Source: a virus. From it: DNA of 64,000 bases. Within the stretch, counting starts at the first letter, position 1. The number at the start of each line of letters is the position of its first letter. The translations under genes were made by a program, and so were the position numbers. The stretch is from the IMG/VR virus record IMGVR_UViG_3300028197_001229, positions 1 through 64,000 of that record; one strand, 5' to 3'. Below the pieces are notes generated by a model. The model did not search any database and had not been told where the DNA came from. It saw only the letters and a program-made list of their open reading frames with translations. Of this stretch, positions 29,502 to 38,588 are shown one piece after another.

Positions 29502-31352
29502 TCACATACTAAATGAAGTACCAACGTTTCCTATAATCTCTTCTCGGGCAATGAGGTTTCCAGCATTGGATGTCATTGACAATTTCATTCTGTTTAGTAG
29601 CGCAGTATCTTCAACTAGATTTTCTTGTAAAAATACACGCCCAGTAATGTAAGCAAAGTTTAAAGCGTGTAAGAAGTCATCAGACCGAGCGCCATGCTTC
29701 CTATACAGAAACCCGGTACCACCGCCTGAGGTCTCCTGTGGTATACGTATTAGGTTTAGACATTCGGAAAGATAATCACCCATACGCTCCCAGTGTAACG
29801 ATCGTATTCTTAAATTCTTCATACCGTAATATAATGCTGTAATACTTTCCGTACGATTAAGAGAAAACATATTAAACATAGTTTTACTCTCTTGTATAAC
29901 TTGTGAATTAGGTCCGGAATACTTATATATAAAATGATTTTCAGGCGCCATCTGTTCCCTCAATAACATATTGTAGGCATAACCAACACCGTAATCAGAC
30001 CCTAGTGCCATTCCGTGAAACTCGTTGTGTCTAGCAAGTATATCAGAAGCTATCGCTCTATAAGACATGCCCTCGTAACGCTTACCATGTATCAAATCAA
30101 ATGTACCATCCCTGTTTAAACCTATAATTGCGTGAGTAGTATATGAAAGTTTTGTTTTGTTAGACACATCATAGTCCGAGCCGCCCCAGTCGCATCCTGA
30201 AAATACTGCATAGTACTCACCGCTTTGAGCCTTAGCTAAGTAAGGTGCGTTAGATTCTCCTAAAATACACATTCTACGTAAATCGCCTTCTGTGATTTCA
30301 CGCTCACCTTCTTGTGTTGGTATTCCTAAATTTTCCTGCAAAAATTTTCTAGGATCTTGGTGTAGTTTTTTTCTATATATTTCGTCCCACCGTATGTGGT
30401 TATTAACAACTGCAGGTACAATAATCTGAGGAATGTGAAAACCGAATCTACCAATCTTAAACTTATCTTCGTCTAAATGTACGAATCTACCTTTAGTAAC
30501 ATCTAGCCTAGCACCACACTTACAACAACAAACTCCCTTGGGTTGTATCATATCCAAAACGCCATCTTCGGGTGTAGGAACATTTTCGTGATTACAACTA
30601 TCACATTTCATAATCCATACGCCTTGAGAAGAATCTGCGTACTTACCTTCTAACGCAGTATCTGTGGTCAATGACGTACCTGCATATATAGTAACAGGCA
30701 TATGCGACGCTCGTTGGATTTCGTCAATTTCAGGTTCAAAACTTGGGTCAAAGTTTTGATACTCATCGTATAGCAGTTCATCGGTAGACATACCACGTGC
30801 ACTAGAAACCTGCGTATCAACATTAATTAGCTGTATACTAGACCCGTTAGGATACTCCTTATACTGTAGGTTCTGCCTATATTTGTGACTGGTAGTCGGG
30901 AAACGAAATGCAGTTTCCAAATCTCGCAACCTATTAGCATATGTCTTAACTTGATCAGCCTTAGGTGCTATGTACAAACTTTTTAATTTGGGTATCATGT
31001 GCGCGTTCAACCTTTGTCTCGCTGCAAAAGTTGTAGACTTTGCTATTTGTCTACTACCACGAATAACCATAAACCCACCAATGTTTATAGGTAATAAATG
31101 ATAGGCAAACGGAAAGTCCCTAAGACTCATTGGCTTGTTTTTAGGATACTGCGGGTAATAGTACGGAAGTAAAAACGCAGGATTGTATTTGCAAAACCTA
31201 AGTATCTCTCTCAGTATTTCCTGAGCGAGTTGAGTGTGGTATCCACTACTTTCAGCTTTATGAGTTAATACTTGTAACTCATTTGTCAATTTAGTAAGCT
31301 TGTCTCTAAATTGACCATTAGTCCTAACAGTATATTCTAAATCAAAATACAT
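29502..31352 (-). CDS. terL: Terminase large subunit (GpA-like, with zinc ribbon)
   Basis: Walker A-like RGSRQIAKSTT, Walker B ELLYDEYQ, CDSC...CCKC zinc ribbon, nuclease motifs GCDWGG and DDFLHA. Confidence 0.85.
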   Translation of the reverse strand: MYFDLEYTVRTNGQFRDKLTKLTNELQVLTHKAESSGYHTQLAQEILREILRFCKYNPAFLLPYYYPQYPKNKPMSLRDFPFAYHLLPINIGGFMVIRGSRQIAKSTTFAARQRLNAHMIPKLKSLYIAPKADQVKTYANRLRDLETAFRFPTTSHKYRQNLQYKEYPNGSSIQLINVDTQVSSARGMSTDELLYDEYQNFDPSFEPEIDEIQRASHMPVTIYAGTSLTTDTALEGKYADSSQGVWIMKCDSCNHENVPTPEDGVLDMIQPKGVCCCKCGARLDVTKGRFVHLDEDKFKIGRFGFHIPQIIVPAVVNNHIRWDEIYRKKLHQDPRKFLQENLGIPTQEGEREITEGDLRRMCILGESNAPYLAKAQSGEYYAVFSGCDWGGSDYDVSNKTKLSYTTHAIIGLNRDGTFDLIHGKRYEGMSYRAIASDILARHNEFHGMALGSDYGVGYAYNMLLREQMAPENHFIYKYSGPNSQVIQESKTMFNMFSLNRTESITALYYGMKNLRIRSLHWERMGDYLSECLNLIRIPQETSGGGTGFLYRKHGARSDDFLHALNFAYITGRVFLQENLVEDTALLNRMKLSMTSNAGNLIAREEIIGNVGTSFSM

Positions 31353-31361
31353 AATAAAAAT

Positions 31362-31724
31362 ATGGATGAATTAAACATTTCGGGATCTGGATCTGGTTCA
31401 TTAACTGACCCAGACATACATAACCCAGACCACAAAATAAGTAAAGCAAAACCAACTATAAACAAATCACCGGTATTGTATTTACGGAGAAGGAGAAATA
31501 ACGACTTCCCCAGAGCAGGTGATAGTGGAAGATCAGTAGACAGTAGTATTTGGTACACGGGTAAAGATGGAGACCCGCGTAACGTACAACGTGTAGATGA
31601 TGGAAGTATATACCCTAACCACAGCAGTGTTGGTAGAGTAGGTGAGCAAGAGTGGGTAAAGTTTAGAGATTACAAACGACAATTACCAAAATGGGTAAAA
31701 CAGTTAGAGTTAAGGATTGACTGA
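31362..31724 (+). CDS. Hypothetical protein
   Basis: 120 aa ATG ORF, divergent from terL with only 9 bp between the starts. Confidence 0.5.
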   Translation: MDELNISGSGSGSLTDPDIHNPDHKISKAKPTINKSPVLYLRRRRNNDFPRAGDSGRSVDSSIWYTGKDGDPRNVQRVDDGSIYPNHSSVGRVGEQEWVKFRDYKRQLPKWVKQLELRID

Positions 31725-31753
31725 ACATAAGCCCAAAGTTTATAAATTTTAAA

Positions 31754-32113
31754 ATGTCCGAAGAAGAAAATAAAGATCCCCAGGAAGAAAATAAAGATCC
31801 TCAGGAAGAAAATGACGAGAGAACATATAGACTCTTGGTTAAACTTTCATTAAAACCTGAAGGGGAAAACGTAAAACCATTTTCTATGGTAGAAACAGAA
31901 ATGCCTATACCATTTTTATTAGATAAAGATCAGTTGTTGTTAGCAGAGCCTAGATTTAGGCAGTTACTAGATTCTGTAGTAGAATCTTTTACACTTAAGA
32001 CTAGTATTGAAATTAACAAACTAATTGAACTTAATAAAGATGAGGATGACCAACCGGTTCAAAACCAAGGTCTAGGTATGTCAGATATAGATGAATTAGA
32101 AATAGATGAGTAA
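31754..32113 (+). CDS. Acidic hypothetical protein with EENKDPQ repeat
   Basis: 119 aa; 21-bp tandem repeat near the N-terminus. Confidence 0.65.
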   Translation: MSEEENKDPQEENKDPQEENDERTYRLLVKLSLKPEGENVKPFSMVETEMPIPFLLDKDQLLLAEPRFRQLLDSVVESFTLKTSIEINKLIELNKDEDDQPVQNQGLGMSDIDELEIDE

Positions 32114-32118
32114 ACAAA

Positions 32119-33231
32119 ATGAAAATTTTATCAACCGCCGACAACCATCTAGGGTTTCGGCAATATGGTTTAATCCAGCGAGAACTGGATATAGAGGATA
32201 GTTTTAGAGCTATTTTAGAATTAGGCGTAAAAGAAAAAGTAGATGCGATAACAGTAAGTGGAGACATACTACATAGTGTACGTCCTACATCACATACAAT
32301 ACAATTCCTGAAGAATTGTCAGGAATACTTAAAATACAATAAGTTACTGTGCCTGGTTAGTATAGGTAATCACGATAACTCCAAGCCACACTGGATACGG
32401 AATTTATCTGAATCTAGTATAGACTACGGGTTTAAGGTTCTTAACGACGAGACTTATGTAGTTGAGAACGTAAGTCAAAAGATAACTGTATACGGTAAAA
32501 CGTTTTGTAGTAGAGAAGAGTTTGATACGGGTAACTGTTTGCCGAAGTCGGTGGACATGTTACTAATGCATCAATCATTCAATGAAATAACTACTTTCCC
32601 AAATGAAAAAAGTTTTGGGGTAAGTGATTTTGAAAACGTAACAGCTAAGTTAGTTGTAGTGGGTGATACACACATTCACCGTAAAGGATTGTACACTTTG
32701 GATAACGGGGGCGAAATAGAAATATGCTCTCCCGGATCTTCAGAACTAATGAGCGAATCAGAAGAGGTGGAGAAGTTTGTCTTCATACACACTTTTTGCG
32801 AAGGAGAACTCAATACAGAATCAGTAGCAATTGATACTAGAAAAGTAGTAAAATTTGAGGTACGAACAGAAGAAGAAGCTGAAAATGCTTTGATTGTTCT
32901 GGAAGAAGTTAAAAAATTAAAGCCACTGGTCTTCTTAAAGTTTGATACTGATATTAAGGATATACTACACAGGTGTAGAAAACAAGTAGACGCGGGAGAG
33001 GTTATAATCCGACCCAAGCCTATAATGAAAAATATAGACGGTTCTGTAGATCAAGAAAGTAAACAAGATCTTACGTTTTCTGATATATTGAAATCACTTA
33101 TCCCAGATAAACCGTCTCAATTTGAACTTGTATCTCAGCTCTTGAATCCCGAGGCTGATGTTAACTCATTAATAGATAACTATGTCGAAACAAGGTTAAA
33201 GTATTTTGACACAACTGAGGAACAGTCATGA
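32119..33231 (+). CDS. sbcD: SbcD/Mre11-like metallophosphoesterase nuclease
   Basis: Motifs ADNHLG, GDILH, GNHD, HQS, GDTH and PGS. Confidence 0.92.
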   Translation: MKILSTADNHLGFRQYGLIQRELDIEDSFRAILELGVKEKVDAITVSGDILHSVRPTSHTIQFLKNCQEYLKYNKLLCLVSIGNHDNSKPHWIRNLSESSIDYGFKVLNDETYVVENVSQKITVYGKTFCSREEFDTGNCLPKSVDMLLMHQSFNEITTFPNEKSFGVSDFENVTAKLVVVGDTHIHRKGLYTLDNGGEIEICSPGSSELMSESEEVEKFVFIHTFCEGELNTESVAIDTRKVVKFEVRTEEEAENALIVLEEVKKLKPLVFLKFDTDIKDILHRCRKQVDAGEVIIRPKPIMKNIDGSVDQESKQDLTFSDILKSLIPDKPSQFELVSQLLNPEADVNSLIDNYVETRLKYFDTTEEQS

Positions 33232-33872
33232 GCGTTCAAGAACCTGTAACCCCCATAAGGATTTATCAAAAAATACCAAACGACGTACTGACAAGACAAA
33301 GAACGTACGCCCGTTACCACCCGTATGGTGGACATAGAGCATTCACAGACTCAAAGTATGGTGACCTAGAAGAAGCTAATGGTCTAAGGATTTTGGGAGA
33401 GTGTATTAACGCTAACGGTCAAACATTCAATTATTTGTATGACGCACTTAGTGGACATTACCAACAAATTTATGATCCTAGGTTTATACTTACAGTACAG
33501 CCCTGTGAGGGGTGGTTTGATCTTTTTACTCCAGCGTATTTTGGTTTTTATATTGAGTACGAAGACTTAATGACGGAATCTGTAGTAAACATTATATATA
33601 GGATATACAAAAAAATTATATCGAAATCTAAAAAAACAATTGAGTTTAAAAAACTAAAAAAAGCTGTCACAACAAGTGGTGTGGGTGTCGCAGGTGCTTT
33701 AATCGATATGTTTAATGTTCGCGTGTTAGAGTATACTGCTACAGACACAGATCGTCTACGGCATGAAAAAGTAAAAGCGTATGAAGTTCATAGTGATTCA
33801 ACTGAAGTGCTACGAGAAGCAGCAAACATTCTTGCTATGATGAAGTATGGAGTAGATCCAGTTAAGATATGA
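33228..33872 (+). CDS. Hypothetical protein between sbcD and sbcC
   Basis: 214 aa, ATGA overlaps at both ends. Confidence 0.65.
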   Translation: MSVQEPVTPIRIYQKIPNDVLTRQRTYARYHPYGGHRAFTDSKYGDLEEANGLRILGECINANGQTFNYLYDALSGHYQQIYDPRFILTVQPCEGWFDLFTPAYFGFYIEYEDLMTESVVNIIYRIYKKIISKSKKTIEFKKLKKAVTTSGVGVAGALIDMFNVRVLEYTATDTDRLRHEKVKAYEVHSDSTEVLREAANILAMMKYGVDPVKI

Positions 33873-36097
33873 AAATTAAAAAAATAACACTTAATAATTT
33901 CGGTATACATCGAAATTTATCATTTGAGATTGGAGATGCTCCAGTTGTTGGTTTACTCGGCAAGAACGGATCTGGTAAAAGTACAATACTAGATTCTGTA
34001 AAGTATGCACTTACAGGTGAGATCGAGGGAAAAATAGAAGATTCAGTAACAATAGGTGAGAAGAAAGGTTTTGTTGAATTACTAATAGAAAAAGACGGAG
34101 CTAGTATACGCATAAAGCGAGAGGTAGGTAAAACACCCAAAAAAGAATTCGAGAAAGACGGTAAAGTAGTAACTAGCTCAAAAGAAATTGAGAGCGAAAT
34201 ACAAGGAATGTTATCTGTTGATAAAAAAGCATTGTCCAATGCCTGTTTTCTAAAACAAGGTAGTTTAAATGACTTGTTGTTTGGTACAGAATCCTCGCGT
34301 GAACAGTTGTTTATAAAGCTAGTCAATCTCTCGTTCTGCGAGAGATATGCAGCAGTAGTAGATACAAAGCTAAAGTCATTACAGGCAGGTGTTGAAGATT
34401 TACAAGGCTTGACTGACGAAATAAACATTCAGCGTATGGACTCTATTGTAGAGAAAGAACTGCTTGAAAAACAACTAGCTAGAGTAACTGACTACAAACC
34501 TATAACATCTGTCGTTTACGAACAGATCAGGCTTTCGGATGAAAACGAAAGACTATCTAGAGAGATAACACTGATAGGGTCCGATGATAAACTTACTAAA
34601 ACTACAATCGGTACTATTAACCTTAGGTGGAATACTGTGGACAGAATACAACTTGAAGATAAGTTAAAAGAATCCAGAAATAGTTCAACAGAGTTATTGC
34701 AGAAAAAATCTAATGTAATTAGTGAAAAAAATGCAAAAATACGGTATGAAAATACCCTACAAAAAATAACAGAAACTAAAAATGAAATCGAAGACCTAGA
34801 AAAGTTAATTACTAGTAACGATACTAGTCTAGAGCAGTTAGTTATACCAGATACTAATATAGAAGTTTATAAAAAAGAACTAGACGATGCTAAAGACTCA
34901 ATAAAAAAACTAGGTATGTTACTATCAATATATCATACGTGTGACAGTGAGTCTGCAACGTGCCCTACATGTGGGTCAGATATATCCAGTAAATTAAATT
35001 CTGGAGATGTCGAAACTTGGAATAAAGAACTAAAAATAGCAGTTGCAGATAAAGGATCAGTAGAAGTTAAAATAGCAAAAGATACCGAACGGTTCAGTAA
35101 CTATGAACTCACCAAACACAACCTGATGTCGGAAAACCAAATAAATAAAATACGTTTGGAACATATGACTAAGGATTTTCACCGATACACCGAAAGTATG
35201 GTGAGCTTAATGGATGGTGCCAACATAGGTAGTAAAGAAAAAGAATTAGAAACTATAAACCAAGCTATAAATGAACAAGATGCTACTGTAAAACTATTGG
35301 AGCAAGATCTGTATAGAGTTATCGAGGCCGAGACAAAGCTTGCAAACAACAGCAGCTTTGTAGTTAGTAAGAAAGCTATGCTAGACTCAAATCACACAAA
35401 AAGTGTAACAAACTCAAAAAACATACCTGAGTTTTTAGAGTCTCTAAACCTTAGTGATTTTATAGGACTAGATAATGAAAAATTAATAAAAGAATTAGAA
35501 TGCTTACAGTTACAACGGTCGGAGGCTGAGGGTAGGTTAAAACAAGCTAGTGAATCATTTGATAAGATAAATAACAGGTATGCTGAGGTACAAGACAGAA
35601 TGACTAAAAATAAAAGTCGACTGGCTGTTGCTGAAGAGTTACGTGAAATAAAAGAAATTTTATCAAAAAAAGGACTACCTAGCGCTTACATAGCTCACAA
35701 GTTTACGATACTAGCAAAACTCACATCAGAAAACCTGACGATTCTAAATGCTGATTTTACAGTAGATATAGATCCAGACGCTTTTCTTTCATTCGTTTTT
35801 GAAAGATTTGACGGAAAAGATATGGTGCGGTTGCCTATGAACAGACTGTCAGGTGGACAAAAAGTACGATTGTGTATTGCATTCTTACTGTCCGTACAAC
35901 AAGAGCTCGTACCAGATATAGGTTTCCAGACATTTGACGAACCGTCTACGCATTTAGACGAAGATGGCGTCGAAAGACTATGTTCTATGTTTAAGAGTTT
36001 ACAAGACTTGTTAAGGTGTATAGACCATCAAGTGTGGGTGTGTGATCATAATCCTTTACTTGAAGAATCTTTTAGTACAACCTTAAATCTGCAGTGA
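33869..36097 (+). CDS. sbcC: SbcC/Rad50-like SMC ATPase
   Basis: Walker A GKNGSGKST, coiled coil with CPTC zinc hook, LSGGQ signature, DEPSTHLD, H-loop. Confidence 0.93.
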   Translation: MKIKKITLNNFGIHRNLSFEIGDAPVVGLLGKNGSGKSTILDSVKYALTGEIEGKIEDSVTIGEKKGFVELLIEKDGASIRIKREVGKTPKKEFEKDGKVVTSSKEIESEIQGMLSVDKKALSNACFLKQGSLNDLLFGTESSREQLFIKLVNLSFCERYAAVVDTKLKSLQAGVEDLQGLTDEINIQRMDSIVEKELLEKQLARVTDYKPITSVVYEQIRLSDENERLSREITLIGSDDKLTKTTIGTINLRWNTVDRIQLEDKLKESRNSSTELLQKKSNVISEKNAKIRYENTLQKITETKNEIEDLEKLITSNDTSLEQLVIPDTNIEVYKKELDDAKDSIKKLGMLLSIYHTCDSESATCPTCGSDISSKLNSGDVETWNKELKIAVADKGSVEVKIAKDTERFSNYELTKHNLMSENQINKIRLEHMTKDFHRYTESMVSLMDGANIGSKEKELETINQAINEQDATVKLLEQDLYRVIEAETKLANNSSFVVSKKAMLDSNHTKSVTNSKNIPEFLESLNLSDFIGLDNEKLIKELECLQLQRSEAEGRLKQASESFDKINNRYAEVQDRMTKNKSRLAVAEELREIKEILSKKGLPSAYIAHKFTILAKLTSENLTILNADFTVDIDPDAFLSFVFERFDGKDMVRLPMNRLSGGQKVRLCIAFLLSVQQELVPDIGFQTFDEPSTHLDEDGVERLCSMFKSLQDLLRCIDHQVWVCDHNPLLEESFSTTLNLQ

Positions 36098-36579
36098 TAC
36101 TTGAAGTTAAAATAATTTTAACAACAAACTACTTAGGTGGTGGACCCCGGGTAAATGGGGTCCGCCAGTTAAGACGTACTCACGACAACAGACTTGCTGT
36201 TAACGAAAAAGAATGGAAAGAAGATATGGCGGCAGCAGCAGCAGATTTAAAGTTAGACTTTAATAAGAACAGTGTAAGTTTAGAGCCGGGTATAGACTTC
36301 CCAGAAGTTAATGTACTAAAACGAGTATATAATAAAACAAATGTAGATCTGTTTGAAGGTGTATCAGCGGGTAATGAATTAGTATTCTCTGTGCGAATTA
36401 ATGAAAATTTAGACAACTCACCAACAAAAGAAGATTTAATAAAAATATTTACCGTAGTTGGTAAGTTTATAGGTATATCCCAATTCGGTAAAAAGTTCCA
36501 TTGCGGGAGGTTCACAGTTAAAACAATAATCATTTTAGGAGAAAAAGATTTTAATGTTGATAAAGATATTCTGGTTTAG
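36094..36579 (+). CDS. Stand-alone RAMP-superfamily protein (Cas7/Csm3-like)
   Basis: Beta1 VKIILTTNYLGG, then RRTHDNRLAVNEKEWKEDM, FEGVSAGNELVFSVRI and a G-rich loop GKFIGISQFGKKFHCGRFTV, in Cas7-group order. GTG start overlaps the sbcC stop. Confidence 0.7.
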   Translation: MILEVKIILTTNYLGGGPRVNGVRQLRRTHDNRLAVNEKEWKEDMAAAAADLKLDFNKNSVSLEPGIDFPEVNVLKRVYNKTNVDLFEGVSAGNELVFSVRINENLDNSPTKEDLIKIFTVVGKFIGISQFGKKFHCGRFTVKTIIILGEKDFNVDKDILV

Positions 36580-38002
36580 CGGAAGCTTAACAGTAATGGG
36601 GTCTTTCAAAGAATTAGAAAAAGCCCTGACGTATACGAAAAAATCTTTAGATTGGAACCCAGCTAAAGGTAGAAGAGAAACAAAAAGAACAGTTGAAAAG
36701 CTGTACAGCATAGTACATCCAGGCCCTGAGAACAGGACTATTATGACTATGCAGGGTTTTAAAAACAAAGTTTTAGAAATATGTAGAAAACATAATAAAG
36801 CTATTGAGTTTTATGATCATCGACGAGTAATGCCGGATCCTAAGCTTAATTTAGCTGGAAGCTTTAGATTCAGTCAAAAAGAATTGTTTAATGAACTAAT
36901 GTCTAAGGGAGAGTCAGGATTACTAAAAGCACCTACTCGTTACGGGAAGACTGTTATGATAGCAAATGCAGCTAGAGTATTTCCTAGAACTAAGACAGTT
37001 GTAGCAGCCCCGGGAGTTGATTTACTTAACCAGCTAGTAGTACAGTTAAGAGAATGGTTACCAAACAGAGAAGTTAAAGGAATATTTACCGGATCTAGAA
37101 ATAAAATACCATCAAATGATATTACTGTTTGTTCTTTTGATAGTTTGCAAAAACTAAACGCTGAAGATGTACATTTACTACTTATAGACGAGCCACACGC
37201 AGCGGTGTCAGAAAGTAGGGCTCCGTTACTAGCTAGGTTTAGGAATGCTAGGATTTACGGATTCGGAGCAACACTAGAAGGTAGGTACGATGGTGGTGAT
37301 AAGCTAATAACCGGTTTGATAGGACCTATACATGCTAGTAGATCATTTACAGAAGCTGTAGAAGAAGGTGCTATTTGTCCTATCAAAGTTTATTTCTTAA
37401 AAGTACCATTCGAAGCTTGGCCTTGTTCTACTAGAGACGCTGCTTACAGGAAACTTGTATGGAAAAATACTTATCTGTTTGAGTTAGTAAGAGAATTAAC
37501 TCGATCTGTAATACCAACTGAGTGGCAAACCTTGATATTTATAGATCAAAAGAAACAAGCCGATATGTTATCAGAGTTTGTGGACGATAGTGAAGTAGCA
37601 ATAGCTGGTCGTATGAAAGCTAAAGATCGTAAAGCTTTGTTTGAAAACATGGCGGCTGGTCATATAAAGCGCTGCATAGCGACTAGCATATACGCCCAGG
37701 GAGTTACATTTCCAGATCTTAGGGTCATGGTTAACGCATCGGGAGGTGGTGGATCGATATCATCTATACAAAAGCCCGGTCGTCTAGCTCAAGTCATAGA
37801 TGGGAAGTCTAAGGGTTACCTTATAGATTTCAAGCTAGAGTGTGTGAATGACCCAAGAGAAAATAGTAACGAAGCTATATCCGAAAACTCTGTTATGTGG
37901 CAGCAGGTGGTTACAGATTGTGACAACAGAATGCGTACTTACAGAAAAATGGGTTACGAAGTTGAAATAGTAGAATCTATAAATGATTTAGAATTAGTTT
38001 AA
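36554..38002 (+). CDS. Superfamily 2 helicase (UvsW/XPB-like DExH)
   Basis: APTRYGKT, LLLIDEPH, GFGAT, AQGVTFPDL and QKPGRL motifs. Confidence 0.88.
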   Translation: MLIKIFWFSGSLTVMGSFKELEKALTYTKKSLDWNPAKGRRETKRTVEKLYSIVHPGPENRTIMTMQGFKNKVLEICRKHNKAIEFYDHRRVMPDPKLNLAGSFRFSQKELFNELMSKGESGLLKAPTRYGKTVMIANAARVFPRTKTVVAAPGVDLLNQLVVQLREWLPNREVKGIFTGSRNKIPSNDITVCSFDSLQKLNAEDVHLLLIDEPHAAVSESRAPLLARFRNARIYGFGATLEGRYDGGDKLITGLIGPIHASRSFTEAVEEGAICPIKVYFLKVPFEAWPCSTRDAAYRKLVWKNTYLFELVRELTRSVIPTEWQTLIFIDQKKQADMLSEFVDDSEVAIAGRMKAKDRKALFENMAAGHIKRCIATSIYAQGVTFPDLRVMVNASGGGGSISSIQKPGRLAQVIDGKSKGYLIDFKLECVNDPRENSNEAISENSVMWQQVVTDCDNRMRTYRKMGYEVEIVESINDLELV

Positions 38003-38003
38003 T

Positions 38004-38588
38004 ATGATAGATTATGACCTGTTAGAAATTGAAAACACAGCAACAAAATTAAGAACGTTATTCATTGATAAAAAAACAAAGCAACTAGGTCGTAGTTATA
38101 GACCTAGCAGAAAAATTGATACAAAAGAAAATTGGAATAAAGCAGCTATAAAGTGTGAAGCATTAGACGCGCGCCCGGAAGATTTTATAAACTCAGTATT
38201 TGCATCTGAAGTTGGTAAAAAACATGGAGGACCCTACGTTAACCACCTACACGGTATCATGTGTGAAAAAGCATATGAGAAGTATGAGTTAGCAGGTGGT
38301 CACTTAATAGAAGAAAATAAATTGTTGTCAGAACTAAAATCTGCAACAAATCAGTGTTTTTCTGCACTTAAATATCAAGGTATTACCGCAGAAGAATATT
38401 TGTTAAAAGACACAGTACCAATAAGTTCTTGGATACGTTTGTACTTTTGTCAGGGTTCTAAGCGAATATGGCGTAAGTATGTAAGCTCTACTAAAAAAGA
38501 AATGATTGTAAATAGCGGTATTGAAAAACTGCTACGTAAGTTTAAATTTAAAATAGAAAAGATTTATGAGTTTGATAAGTACGGTTAA
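38004..38588 (+). CDS. Hypothetical protein upstream of the replicative helicase
   Basis: 194 aa, basic, overlaps the DnaB-like gene. Confidence 0.6.
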   Translation: MIDYDLLEIENTATKLRTLFIDKKTKQLGRSYRPSRKIDTKENWNKAAIKCEALDARPEDFINSVFASEVGKKHGGPYVNHLHGIMCEKAYEKYELAGGHLIEENKLLSELKSATNQCFSALKYQGITAEEYLLKDTVPISSWIRLYFCQGSKRIWRKYVSSTKKEMIVNSGIEKLLRKFKFKIEKIYEFDKYG

